IMG/VR virus record: IMGVR_UViG_3300002185_000031
Span: 1 to 64,000 of that record
Length of the DNA stretch: 64,000 nt
From: a virus
Taxonomy: Duplodnaviria > Caudoviricetes
Direction: 5' to 3' (one strand)
Every line of letters begins with the position of its first letter. The first letter of the stretch is position 1. Positions 55,617 through 63,705 of the stretch are shown piece by piece. A program made the position numbers and the translations under genes. Below the pieces are notes generated by a model that did no database searches, had not been told where the DNA came from, and saw only the letters and a list, made by a program, of their open reading frames with translations.

Positions 55617-55748
55617 AAAACCGTTTTTTCATACGCCTTGCCGCCACGATAACAGTGGACAGGGATTGATTACCCTGTAGGCGTATGAAAAAACGGTTTT
55701 GTTATCTTTCGGCAATACCATTATACCGCAAAAGACAAAGTTCGTCAA
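55617..55748 (-). promoter_or_regulatory. Promoter plus structured leader RNA of the BRO gene
   Basis: TTGACG-17-TATAAT; perfect 23-bp stem CAAAACCGTTTTTTCATACGCCT enclosing two hairpins. Confidence 0.7.
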
Positions 55749-55759
55749 CCTATTTCGCA

Positions 55760-56242
55760 CTAACGAAACAAAACAAGCGTTACCTCAATATCCGAACCAT
55801 TATCCAACTGCCACTGCAAACACGCCTCAACCGCAATCTGCAAAGCCTCCGCATACGGATATCCATATATCCCCGCCGACAACAGCGGAAAGGCTATGCT
55901 TTTTATGTCGGATTCCTTAGCCAACGTCAGCGCATTGATGTATGTGCCATATAAAAGCTCTTTCGCCTTTTGCGGCTCATACTGCGCATATATCGGGCCG
56001 ACTGCATGAATGATATACTTTGCGGGTGTTCCCCAGCTTGGCGTTATTAACGCCTTGCCTGTCTGGATTCCATGATATGGCACTTTATCGCAGATATAAT
56101 CTTCAAGCCTCTCACCGCCATCTCCTTGAGCGGCATATATCGCACCACATACGCCTGCGCCTCTTTGCAATTGTGCATTGGCGGCATTAACTATCGCATC
56201 AACTTGTACTTTGGTGATATCACCATAGATTATTTTTAACAT
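55760..56242 (-). CDS. Macro domain (ADP-ribose hydrolase-like, YmdB/MacroD type)
   Basis: GDIT, AIVNAAN..GAGVCGAI, IIHAVGP, SIAFPLLSAGIYGYP. Confidence 0.92.
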   Translation of the reverse strand: MLKIIYGDITKVQVDAIVNAANAQLQRGAGVCGAIYAAQGDGGERLEDYICDKVPYHGIQTGKALITPSWGTPAKYIIHAVGPIYAQYEPQKAKELLYGTYINALTLAKESDIKSIAFPLLSAGIYGYPYAEALQIAVEACLQWQLDNGSDIEVTLVLFR

Positions 56243-56292
56243 TTTTTACCTCCTATATTGTCAAAGTTGCACTCATATTCTCATTCCTTTTC

Positions 56293-56775
56293 TCAAAATG
56301 GAAATTCAATCACTTCAACCAAACTCAAATCAATCAAAATTTCATCACGAGTAGCCCCATATCTACGCAAAAAATCAATATCCTGATTTCTCATTCTGTT
56401 GATTTCCCAGTCTGCATAATTCCAAGTATCTTTCATCTCGTGGAAAAATTGCGCCTTTTGAAGTTCTTCAATTCGTTTTTGGGCGGTTGTTCTATCATGT
56501 GTCAATTCTCTTTTCGCAAGCTCTTGGCTAAAAATTTGAGTTTGCACAGTGTCAATAGCTCTTTGAGCGGAGATTTTGAGTTCGTTAGCCATAACCCAGA
56601 GACTTTGTTTAACTTCCCGCCATGCTCTTTTAAGGGCTGATGCAAAAGTCTTTTCGATTCTGGCAGTGCGCCCGAAAATATCGGTGTTGACTTTATAAAG
56701 GCTATGCGCTTTATTCATTACCATTTTCAATACTTCATTTTTTGCATATTGGGTGTTGTTGACTGTAATTGTCAT
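56293..56775 (-). CDS. Hypothetical phage protein
   Basis: GGGGG RBS; VMNKAHSLYK..FASALKRAWREVK. Confidence 0.6.
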   Translation of the reverse strand: MTITVNNTQYAKNEVLKMVMNKAHSLYKVNTDIFGRTARIEKTFASALKRAWREVKQSLWVMANELKISAQRAIDTVQTQIFSQELAKRELTHDRTTAQKRIEELQKAQFFHEMKDTWNYADWEINRMRNQDIDFLRRYGATRDEILIDLSLVEVIEFPF

Positions 56776-56805
56776 TTTGAATCCCCCCTCATCTTTTATA
56801 TACAC

Positions 56806-56834
56806 ATTATATCATACCTATTACACAATGTCAA
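56806..56834 (-). promoter_or_regulatory. Consensus SigA promoter with (T/C)ATTACACAATG operator
   Basis: TTGACA-17-TATAAT. Confidence 0.8.
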
Positions 56835-56851
56835 GGGGTTTTGAAAGTTTT

Positions 56852-57094
56852 TCAATAATTTTCGGGGTATAATTTTTTCAACTTTTCATACATGCCCATA
56901 ATAAAATCTGGCATAGACTGCCCATTTTTTTCTGCCGCCGCCGCCAGCGCAGTATCTTCATCATGAGTTAAGGCAATTTGTCGCCTGCGTATACGAGGCG
57001 GCGTGTTTCCTGCTACGGTAAGGGCGGCTCTTTGCGCTCCTTTTACTCGTCTTGGGTCTTTGGGATTTTTAGTTTCTTTGCTCATACCAATCAC
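56852..57094 (-). CDS. Small putative RHH DNA-binding protein
   Basis: RQIALTHDEDTALAAAAEKNGQSMPDFI. Confidence 0.5.
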   Translation of the reverse strand: MIGMSKETKNPKDPRRVKGAQRAALTVAGNTPPRIRRRQIALTHDEDTALAAAAEKNGQSMPDFIMGMYEKLKKLYPENY

Positions 57095-57900
57095 CTCCTT
57101 AATGCTATTTGTTCGTATTGTTTATCCTCAAACACTTTATAATCAAGACTATATGGCATATCATTCAGCATTTTTTCTTGTGCTGCTCTACAAAAACTTC
57201 GTGACACTTCAAAACCATAACTATTACGCCCTAATTCATAAGCCGCCCTCAATGTGCTGCCACTCCCAGCGCAAGGGTCAATCACCACATCACCGATATC
57301 TGTGAAAATCTCAATCAATCGCTTTAGCAGTCTAACACTCTTTTGTGTTGGGTGAATTTTCGGAATATCTTTGCCGTCTTTGTGATACTCAAACCAATTC
57401 AATATCATTTTCCCATTATTGCGAAATTTGGGCAGTTTGTCACGATACAGAACAAGCCCATATTCTGTTGCCCCAACAATTTTCATGTTAGATTTTAGCA
57501 CTTGTGCTGATGTTTTCTTGACGAATATAAGCGGGATATGGTGATTAAATCCATGCTTTTTAGCTGTTTCAATAACATGATATAACTGTTGAAAACTGCA
57601 AAACACAATCATACAAGGAGCAGAATCAACTTGTTTTGGCTCTTTTTTAAGCAGTTTGTGGCAAAAATGAAAATACTCGTTAATATTGAAATTTTCGTCT
57701 GTGAGAAAAAATGATTTGTTTGCCTTATCGCTCTCGCCGTTTTTGTTGTCGCCACCTACGTACCATTCGGGGCTTGATGCAAAAGCATTGTTTGATAAAT
57801 TGTATGGGATAACGGCGATCACGAGTTGAGCAGGGGGTATGTTGTATCTTTTATAGTTTTGGAAATTATCATTATATAATTCACATTGCAACTCTTTCAT
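57091..57900 (-). CDS. N4/N6 DNA methyltransferase (beta class) with altered motif IV
   Basis: IHPTQK, VIDPCAGSGST, SYGFEV; IAVIPY where DIPY is expected. Confidence 0.85.
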   Translation of the reverse strand: MKELQCELYNDNFQNYKRYNIPPAQLVIAVIPYNLSNNAFASSPEWYVGGDNKNGESDKANKSFFLTDENFNINEYFHFCHKLLKKEPKQVDSAPCMIVFCSFQQLYHVIETAKKHGFNHHIPLIFVKKTSAQVLKSNMKIVGATEYGLVLYRDKLPKFRNNGKMILNWFEYHKDGKDIPKIHPTQKSVRLLKRLIEIFTDIGDVVIDPCAGSGSTLRAAYELGRNSYGFEVSRSFCRAAQEKMLNDMPYSLDYKVFEDKQYEQIALRR

Positions 57901-58085
57901 ATCGCCACCTCCTTATCAGTCATATCCTCAACATAATAAGGCGCAAAAGGATTATGTGCCTTATATGCCATCAATGCAAACTTTCTGTCTTTCGTCTTAA
58001 TAAATTCCTTATCAGGTTTATTGCCGCCTGTCCATTTGATGATATAATAGTTGTCGTTTTTTATTAATATTGGTTTTCTATCCAT
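57897..58085 (-). CDS. Hypothetical protein
   Basis: AGGAGG RBS; MDRKPILIK. Confidence 0.5.
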   Translation of the reverse strand: MDRKPILIKNDNYYIIKWTGGNKPDKEFIKTKDRKFALMAYKAHNPFAPYYVEDMTDKEVAI

Positions 58086-58113
58086 ATCACCATCCTCCTT
58101 TCTCATTAGTATC

Positions 58114-58142
58114 ATCATACCATACCCATTACACAATGTAAA
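58114..58142 (-). promoter_or_regulatory. SigA promoter with CATTACACAATG operator
   Basis: TTTACA-17-TATGAT. Confidence 0.7.
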
Positions 58143-58250
58143 GAGATTTTTACAAAATATTTCATAAATTTTTTACCCAACTTTTCAAGCATTTTTAAAA
58201 ATCGTTACTTATGCGGTTATATGTTATTATTGTACTCAGAGGTGTTGCAA

Positions 58251-58421
58251 ATGCTAGATTTAAAAGAAAAAGCTATCCGCACATTATCCGCCATGTCGGA
58301 TGGCGATAAGGAAGAATTAAAAAAAATGATAGATTTTAGCTCGGCGTATTTACAAGATATTGTATCACCTATTTATCAGAAAGACTTCGAGAGAGAGCTG
58401 CGGGAGTTACTAATGGAATAG
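58251..58421 (+). CDS. Small hypothetical protein
   Basis: GAGGTG RBS; MLDLKEKAIRTL. Confidence 0.5.
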   Translation: MLDLKEKAIRTLSAMSDGDKEELKKMIDFSSAYLQDIVSPIYQKDFERELRELLME

Positions 58422-58434
58422 TGGAGGCTGCAAA

Positions 58435-59016
58435 ATGATTAAAGTTAAACAATTGCAAAATACAACTAAAATATTTTCAGATGAGGCATTTAATTCTCAT
58501 TATGAGCTATATAAAAATTATTGTGTTAAATACAACGAGATTCAAGAAGAGTTAAAAGAATATGCGGGCTGTCCTGATGCGGATAAGAATTATTCACGGT
58601 ATCGGGGCATAAAAAAAGAAGAGGCTCACAATCTTAACGCCATAACGCTCCATGAGCTATTTTTCAAGAATATATCAGACAATTCAACAAACCCACAAGA
58701 GCATTTTACAGAGCTTGTACAGCGTTTTTTTGGTAGTTTTGAAGATTGGCAAAAAGATTTCATTGCAACTGCAAAAGCAAGCCGTGGCTGGGTTGTAACT
58801 GTGTATGAGCAGCGTTCAGGTGAGATTAAAAATATGCTGATAGATAATCATGATATAGGTGTTTTTATAAGTTCGTATCCGCTCTTAGTGTTGGATTGCT
58901 GGGAACACAGCTATATAATGGACTGTCACAATAATATTGACAAATACATTGAAAAGTTTTTACATAACATTGACTGGCGTGTGGTTGAAACACGCTCAAA
59001 AGCCGTGGAGGTGTAA
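58435..59016 (+). CDS. sod: Fe/Mn superoxide dismutase-family protein
   Basis: SHYELY, LHELFF, GWVV, VLDCWEHSY metal ligands H/H/D/H. Confidence 0.85.
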   Translation: MIKVKQLQNTTKIFSDEAFNSHYELYKNYCVKYNEIQEELKEYAGCPDADKNYSRYRGIKKEEAHNLNAITLHELFFKNISDNSTNPQEHFTELVQRFFGSFEDWQKDFIATAKASRGWVVTVYEQRSGEIKNMLIDNHDIGVFISSYPLLVLDCWEHSYIMDCHNNIDKYIEKFLHNIDWRVVETRSKAVEV

Positions 59017-59019
59017 ATA

Positions 59020-59286
59020 ATGGATGATAAATTCGTAAAAAACGTAGCTCTTGGTGCAATTCTAGCGGGTACAGGCTTGATTTTGCATTCGTTGAGTAAT
59101 GCTCCAAAAGAGATTAAAGACGAGCTGCAAAAAGTATCTGGCGTTGATGGCATAGATGCTGTTAAACAATTGATAGATTCTAAACATGAAACTAAGAACC
59201 AAGAACATACGGAACATACGGACGAGCAGCAACCTAAACATGGGGAAGATGGGGAAGATGGGATTAAACTTATTCCGAGTATTTAA
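59020..59286 (+). CDS. Hypothetical protein with N-terminal hydrophobic segment
   Basis: GGAGGTG RBS; operonic. Confidence 0.55.
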   Translation: MDDKFVKNVALGAILAGTGLILHSLSNAPKEIKDELQKVSGVDGIDAVKQLIDSKHETKNQEHTEHTDEQQPKHGEDGEDGIKLIPSI

Positions 59287-59861
59287 TGGGGGTGCTTAAC
59301 ATGAATAGTGGATATGATATGTTGCGTCAATTTTTAGCGGGCGAAAACCCTGCTGCGAATAATCAGAATCAAAACCAGAATTATGCACAGCAACAGTCTG
59401 TCGATACGTTACAAAAACCACAAGCAAGCAAACGGATATTTGAAATTAGTTCTAAGGATGATTTGCCATATTTAGAGCCTGATGATTCTGGGCAAAAACA
59501 AATAGCCATATGCGAGGCTGAAAATCGCATATATGTAGGGCGGTATAACCACAGCCGTAAAGCTACAGATTGGAGAAAATCCTATATTGAGGAAAGCGAA
59601 ATGCCTATACCGCAGCCCGCCGATAATTCCGAAATTATGAATAAAATTGTTGATGTGCTGGTGGGATTGAGCAGCAAACTTGATGCTATTGATGAAAAAC
59701 AAGATAGCGTTGCGGCTGAAATAAAGCAGATTAAGAAAAAAGCGGCACAACCTACAGCTGCTGAATCAATACCAATAACAAAGTCTAAAGCTAAACCGAA
59801 AAAGAAAGCCCCGATTGTTGCAGATGAAGACGATGATGAGGATTATGAAGAGGAGGAATAG
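59286..59861 (+). CDS. Hypothetical Q/N-rich, acidic-tailed protein
   Basis: NNQNQNQNYAQQQ, coiled coil, EDDDEDYEEEE. Confidence 0.65.
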   Translation: MGVLNMNSGYDMLRQFLAGENPAANNQNQNQNYAQQQSVDTLQKPQASKRIFEISSKDDLPYLEPDDSGQKQIAICEAENRIYVGRYNHSRKATDWRKSYIEESEMPIPQPADNSEIMNKIVDVLVGLSSKLDAIDEKQDSVAAEIKQIKKKAAQPTAAESIPITKSKAKPKKKAPIVADEDDDEDYEEEE

Positions 59862-59864
59862 ATT

Positions 59865-60266
59865 ATGAAAACAAGTGATATTATCAGTTTTGCAATGGGT
59901 GTGCCTGCTCTTGCGGGATTGGCTATGAAAGCCAAGAATACAGGCAAAGTTGATAAATACGAAGCCTTAAAAGCGGTTTCTTCCCTTTCTCCTGATTTGA
60001 AAAAATGCACCAATATAGCACTTGATTCAGCAGATGCGGGGGAGAGTTTGCCACAAATAGCTGGCAAACTAATGAATGTTGGTGAAGTATCTCTGTTTGG
60101 CAAAACGATTAACACAAGAACTATGAAAGATGATCTAAGAGAATATGGCGGTAAGCCCGGCTCAATTTTGGCTAACATCCTTGATTGGATGCCCACAGCC
60201 CCGCCGGAGCAAGTCGTATCTTTCGGTGATAGCGCAAGCGATTTGAAAACTTGGATTAATAGCTAA
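59865..60266 (+). CDS. Hypothetical protein
   Basis: GAGGAGG RBS; operonic. Confidence 0.65.
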   Translation: MKTSDIISFAMGVPALAGLAMKAKNTGKVDKYEALKAVSSLSPDLKKCTNIALDSADAGESLPQIAGKLMNVGEVSLFGKTINTRTMKDDLREYGGKPGSILANILDWMPTAPPEQVVSFGDSASDLKTWINS

Positions 60267-60312
60267 TGCCATTGGCATTACTATAAATATCATATAAGAA
60301 GGAGGAACACAC

Positions 60313-60852
60313 ATGGATTTCACACATGATGGGGATTATGTCCGTACTGGTGGAGCGGGCGGCGGTATAAGCGCAGCTGCAATGATGATGATGGCTGTTG
60401 TGGTATTTGTAATTATATTTATCATAGCTGTTATTTTTTTAGCCGCTTTTGCCTTTAAAGACAAAGACAAAAGAGTTGTTGACGAATACCCACGCAAAGA
60501 AAACAACATCGCTGAAATGATGGCTATGATGATGGGCGCAAAGGCCATGGGAAACGATAATGGCAACTACAAAAACCACGCAGACCTTGACAGGAAAGAA
60601 ATTCTGGAAAAGTTAGAGCATAATGAGGATAGGGCTGTTGCAAGACAAACCCAGTCTGAAATTGGTGCGCTTGGTTTATTGATGCAAAAAGAAATGAGCG
60701 ACAATGAAAAATTGAACCTTACTAATTTTGCAAAACTTGAAAACCAGCTCGGAGCTTTGACCATGGGCATGACTACATTGTTGACCGAAAGAAACAACGA
60801 TGTTATTGTGGACAAATTGCTGAACCGTCTGGCTTGGGGTAAGGCTTGCTAA
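60313..60852 (+). CDS. Gly-rich single-TM Met-rich hypothetical protein
   Basis: GGAGG RBS; GGAGGG, TM helix, coiled coil. Confidence 0.7.
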   Translation: MDFTHDGDYVRTGGAGGGISAAAMMMMAVVVFVIIFIIAVIFLAAFAFKDKDKRVVDEYPRKENNIAEMMAMMMGAKAMGNDNGNYKNHADLDRKEILEKLEHNEDRAVARQTQSEIGALGLLMQKEMSDNEKLNLTNFAKLENQLGALTMGMTTLLTERNNDVIVDKLLNRLAWGKAC

Positions 60853-60977
60853 TTGCTTAACCCCTGTATTTATCTAATTCCGATATCTAACCCGATATTG
60901 CTTGGCTGGCGCGCCAAATGTATATACAAGTCGGGTGGTGGAGGGTTTGATAAATATATATGAAAGAGGGTTTTCCT

Positions 60978-62286
60978 ATGATTACTTGCAGAACTGGCGA
61001 AACTTTCTCAAGATTCGCTTGCCCTCCTAGACGACATCGTGACGTTAGAGCCACTGCCGTTAGGAATTTTCCTGTACAATGTCAAGCACCGAAGCCAATT
61101 AGCGGTGTTCGGGTAGTCCAAGAAGCGGGTGTTCAAAACGCTTTGATTCTTGTCGGAGGCGTAGATGCTTTTATGCCAAATATGGACTACAACCTTGTGC
61201 TGTCAGAAAACGTGATTAATCCCACATCATTTAATTTCCCGGCGTATCTTTTGGTAAAGGCTGGAGATTTACACACATTGGATGTGAAAATGTCCGTTCA
61301 CACTTTTTCTGCTAATCAGCAGGGTATTATGGTAGCTTAAAAAATAGCCATAATGCTAACGGGGAAACCTAAACCTATACGGTATGGCAATCCCGTGGGA
61401 AGTCCTAATAATAGGAAACCTGTATCGACTATCCGCTTGGTAGCGGAGTAGGGTTGCTATTGATACGCAACTCGAAATGGGTGTGGTGTTGCAACTGCAA
61501 CATTAAGAGATAGTCAGTACCTATGGAAACATAGGATAAAACGGTTACTACAGCCAATTTGCAAAATCACCCAGTAACACGCTTTTTGCGTCATACTTTT
61601 GATGGCGTTAATGCTGATGACTTGTTCGAGCTTGCGCCAGATGACTTGTTGGCAGAAACTCAAACAAATCATTGCATACCACCTCGCAAGCCAGTTGTAA
61701 ACATAATTCACCCTGCATCTTTGCAAGGTAGAAGTTATGTTACTATCCGTATTGATTATTATCAATGTGGTCAGTTCATTACAGAAGAATTTTGGTGGAA
61801 TACTGCCGTCCTCAATAGTAATATTGAGGATTATGAGTGGGCAAATACGGTAAATTCTAAACCGAGGATATCGGCATGAAAATACCGTGGTAAGCAATCA
61901 GATTGCGAAAGGCTGATTGCCACTGTAGAGCGTACAGGGTGAATAAATATAATCCCTGCAAGAGTGTCCGCAGCCCTACATTCGAGGGTTAAAATGTACG
62001 CCGAACTATCCGAAAGGAATAGAAGCAAAGGATAAAAAGCCTTTGCGATAACATAATTGATATTATTCCAATCATCCGTATGGACACACAAACCCTGCGT
62101 GGTGCTGATTTGGTTAATTGGGTAGACAATGCCAACAGAGCAGTATCTCGCGTGATTATCCCTTGCGAAAGCAACGACCGCGGCGAACTTCTTATCCCAG
62201 AACCTGTTCAAAACAGATGCGGACATAGAGGATTTGTCGGCGGCGGGCATAACGGATTTAATATGATTCGTAGTGCTTGGGCGTAA
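60978..62286 (+). CDS. Three-exon hypothetical gene (60978-61283, 61544-61757, 62060-62286), predicted 248 aa
   Basis: Removing the two predicted group I introns joins ..HTLD|VTTANLQ..IRID Y|IIPIIRMDTQ.. in one frame. Confidence 0.7.
61284..61543 (+). ncRNA. Group I intron 1 (IA2/Twort-like, no homing ORF)
   Basis: P1 UGGAU/GUCCG with U-G pair and GAAA loop; P4 ACGGG/CCCGU; P7 GACUAUC/GAUAGUC; P7.1, P7.2, P8; P9 CCUAUG-GAAA-CAUAGG; P9.0 GU/AC before terminal G. Confidence 0.85.
61758..62059 (+). ncRNA. Group I intron 2 (IA-type, no homing ORF)
   Basis: P1 AUUGAUU/GGUCAGU; P10 AUAUU/AAUGU; CCUCAAUA-GUAA-UAUUGAGG hairpin; P4 ACGGUA/UACCGU; P6a GCAAUCAG/CUGAUUGC; P7 GCGUAC/GUACGC; ends GAUAACAUAAUUG. 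Confidence 0.85.
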
Positions 62287-62349
62287 AATTAATTGGAATA
62301 AGGGGGCGAGGGCAACTTTGCCCCCTCTTTTCTAAAAGGAGAGAGTAAA

Positions 62350-62544
62350 ATGACAGAAACATTATCATATAACGTGCCATGTTGCGCTATCCTAAAAGCA
62401 TTAATCCTGTCCTATGCTGATAAGCAAGCCGTTACTCTTACTAATAACGATATTGACAAAATTATATTGACTATCAATCAAGAAGGACAAGAAAAGGCTT
62501 TAGCTATCGTTAATGGGTATTTGGCTGGTTTGAAGTCTAGTTGA
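62350..62544 (+). CDS. Small hypothetical protein
   Basis: AGGAG RBS; follows a GC hairpin at about 62301-62328. Confidence 0.55.
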   Translation: MTETLSYNVPCCAILKALILSYADKQAVTLTNNDIDKIILTINQEGQEKALAIVNGYLAGLKSS

Positions 62545-62545
62545 T

Positions 62546-63655
62546 ATGGAAGTCTATCTCGATAATGCAGCTACGACAAAAATTGATGATAGAGTTTGGG
62601 AATACATGATTAGCCTAAAAGAGCATTATGGTAACGCTTCATGTCCTCATGCTATGGGCAAGAAAGCACAAGAAATAATCGAAAATGCTCGTGAAATCAT
62701 CGCTAAAAAAATCAATGCCAGCCCAAACGAAATAATCTTCACTAGCAGCGGTACAGAATCAAATAATTTAGCAATACTCGGCTTTGTTAGTGCTAATATG
62801 CGCAAACGGCAGCATATCATAACCACTGCAATAGAACATATAAGTGTTATTGAGCCGTTAGAACATTTGAACTATTGCGGGTATGATGTGTCTTTCTTGT
62901 CTGTAAATAGCCAAGGGTTGATTGATATTTCCTTGTTAGAAAATGAAACATTTCATGATACTGCCCTAATATCAGTAAGTTTGGCAAATAATGAACTTGG
63001 CACAGTCAATGACATTGCAGCTATAGGTAAAATTGCTAAACGCCATGGGATTATTTTTCACTGTGATGCTGTTACGGCGTTCCCGCATATGCCTATTGAT
63101 GTTAAGGCTTTGGGCGTGGATATGATGAGCTTGTCAGCGCACAAGGTATACGCCCCTAAAGGTATCGGTGCATTATATATTAGCAAAGATATTGATATTG
63201 AGCCTATTGTATTTGGCGGCAAGGCTGAGTTTGGTATTCGTGCGGGTACGGAAAATGTGTTGGGGATTGCTGCTATGGGTAAAGCGATTGAAATCTTGGA
63301 TTATTCGGCCTACAACAAAAGCCTAATTTATCAGTTTCAACAAGACATTAAAATCAATGTACGGCCTGCATATTTTAATAATCTCAACCCCGAAATCCCC
63401 ATCCTCAATGTACGATTTGACGGTATAGATGGTGCTTGGTTAGTACAGGCGTTATCTAACAGGGGCGTTTATGTATCGCAAGGCTCATGTTCAAATCGTG
63501 GTTTATCACATGTGCTTTTTGAGATTGGTTTAACAAAAAAACAAATTAGAGAAAGTATTAGGATTAGTTTGTCAAAATATACCACACAAGAAGAAATCGA
63601 GTATGCATTAAAAGTTTTGATTGAGTTAATAAATAACCCGAAAGGGATTATATAA
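62546..63655 (+). CDS. iscS: Cysteine desulfurase (IscS/NifS class, PLP-dependent)
   Basis: YLDNAATT, YGNAS, FTSSGTESNN, SAHKVYAPKGIGALY, RAGTENV, SQGSCS. Confidence 0.9.
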   Translation: MEVYLDNAATTKIDDRVWEYMISLKEHYGNASCPHAMGKKAQEIIENAREIIAKKINASPNEIIFTSSGTESNNLAILGFVSANMRKRQHIITTAIEHISVIEPLEHLNYCGYDVSFLSVNSQGLIDISLLENETFHDTALISVSLANNELGTVNDIAAIGKIAKRHGIIFHCDAVTAFPHMPIDVKALGVDMMSLSAHKVYAPKGIGALYISKDIDIEPIVFGGKAEFGIRAGTENVLGIAAMGKAIEILDYSAYNKSLIYQFQQDIKINVRPAYFNNLNPEIPILNVRFDGIDGAWLVQALSNRGVYVSQGSCSNRGLSHVLFEIGLTKKQIRESIRISLSKYTTQEEIEYALKVLIELINNPKGII

Positions 63656-63705
63656 ATGCCGACTGGGTAAAGCCAGCGGGGTAAAAATGAAAAGGAGTAG
63701 ATAGT

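Noticed and set aside
58140-60978. SigE/SigK sporulation promoters for the plus-strand cassette
   Set aside because: No -35/-10 pair with acceptable spacing could be identified by eye.
61230-61340. Alternative 5' splice sites for intron 1 (61245, 61247, 61313, 61333)
   Set aside because: They have poor exon-side P1 pairing, lack the U-G pair, or give a phase incompatible with the P9.0-defined terminal G at 61543; 61283 satisfies all criteria.
62546-63655. DndA of a phosphorothioation system
   Set aside because: No dndB-E or ssp genes in the window; it can only be called IscS-like.
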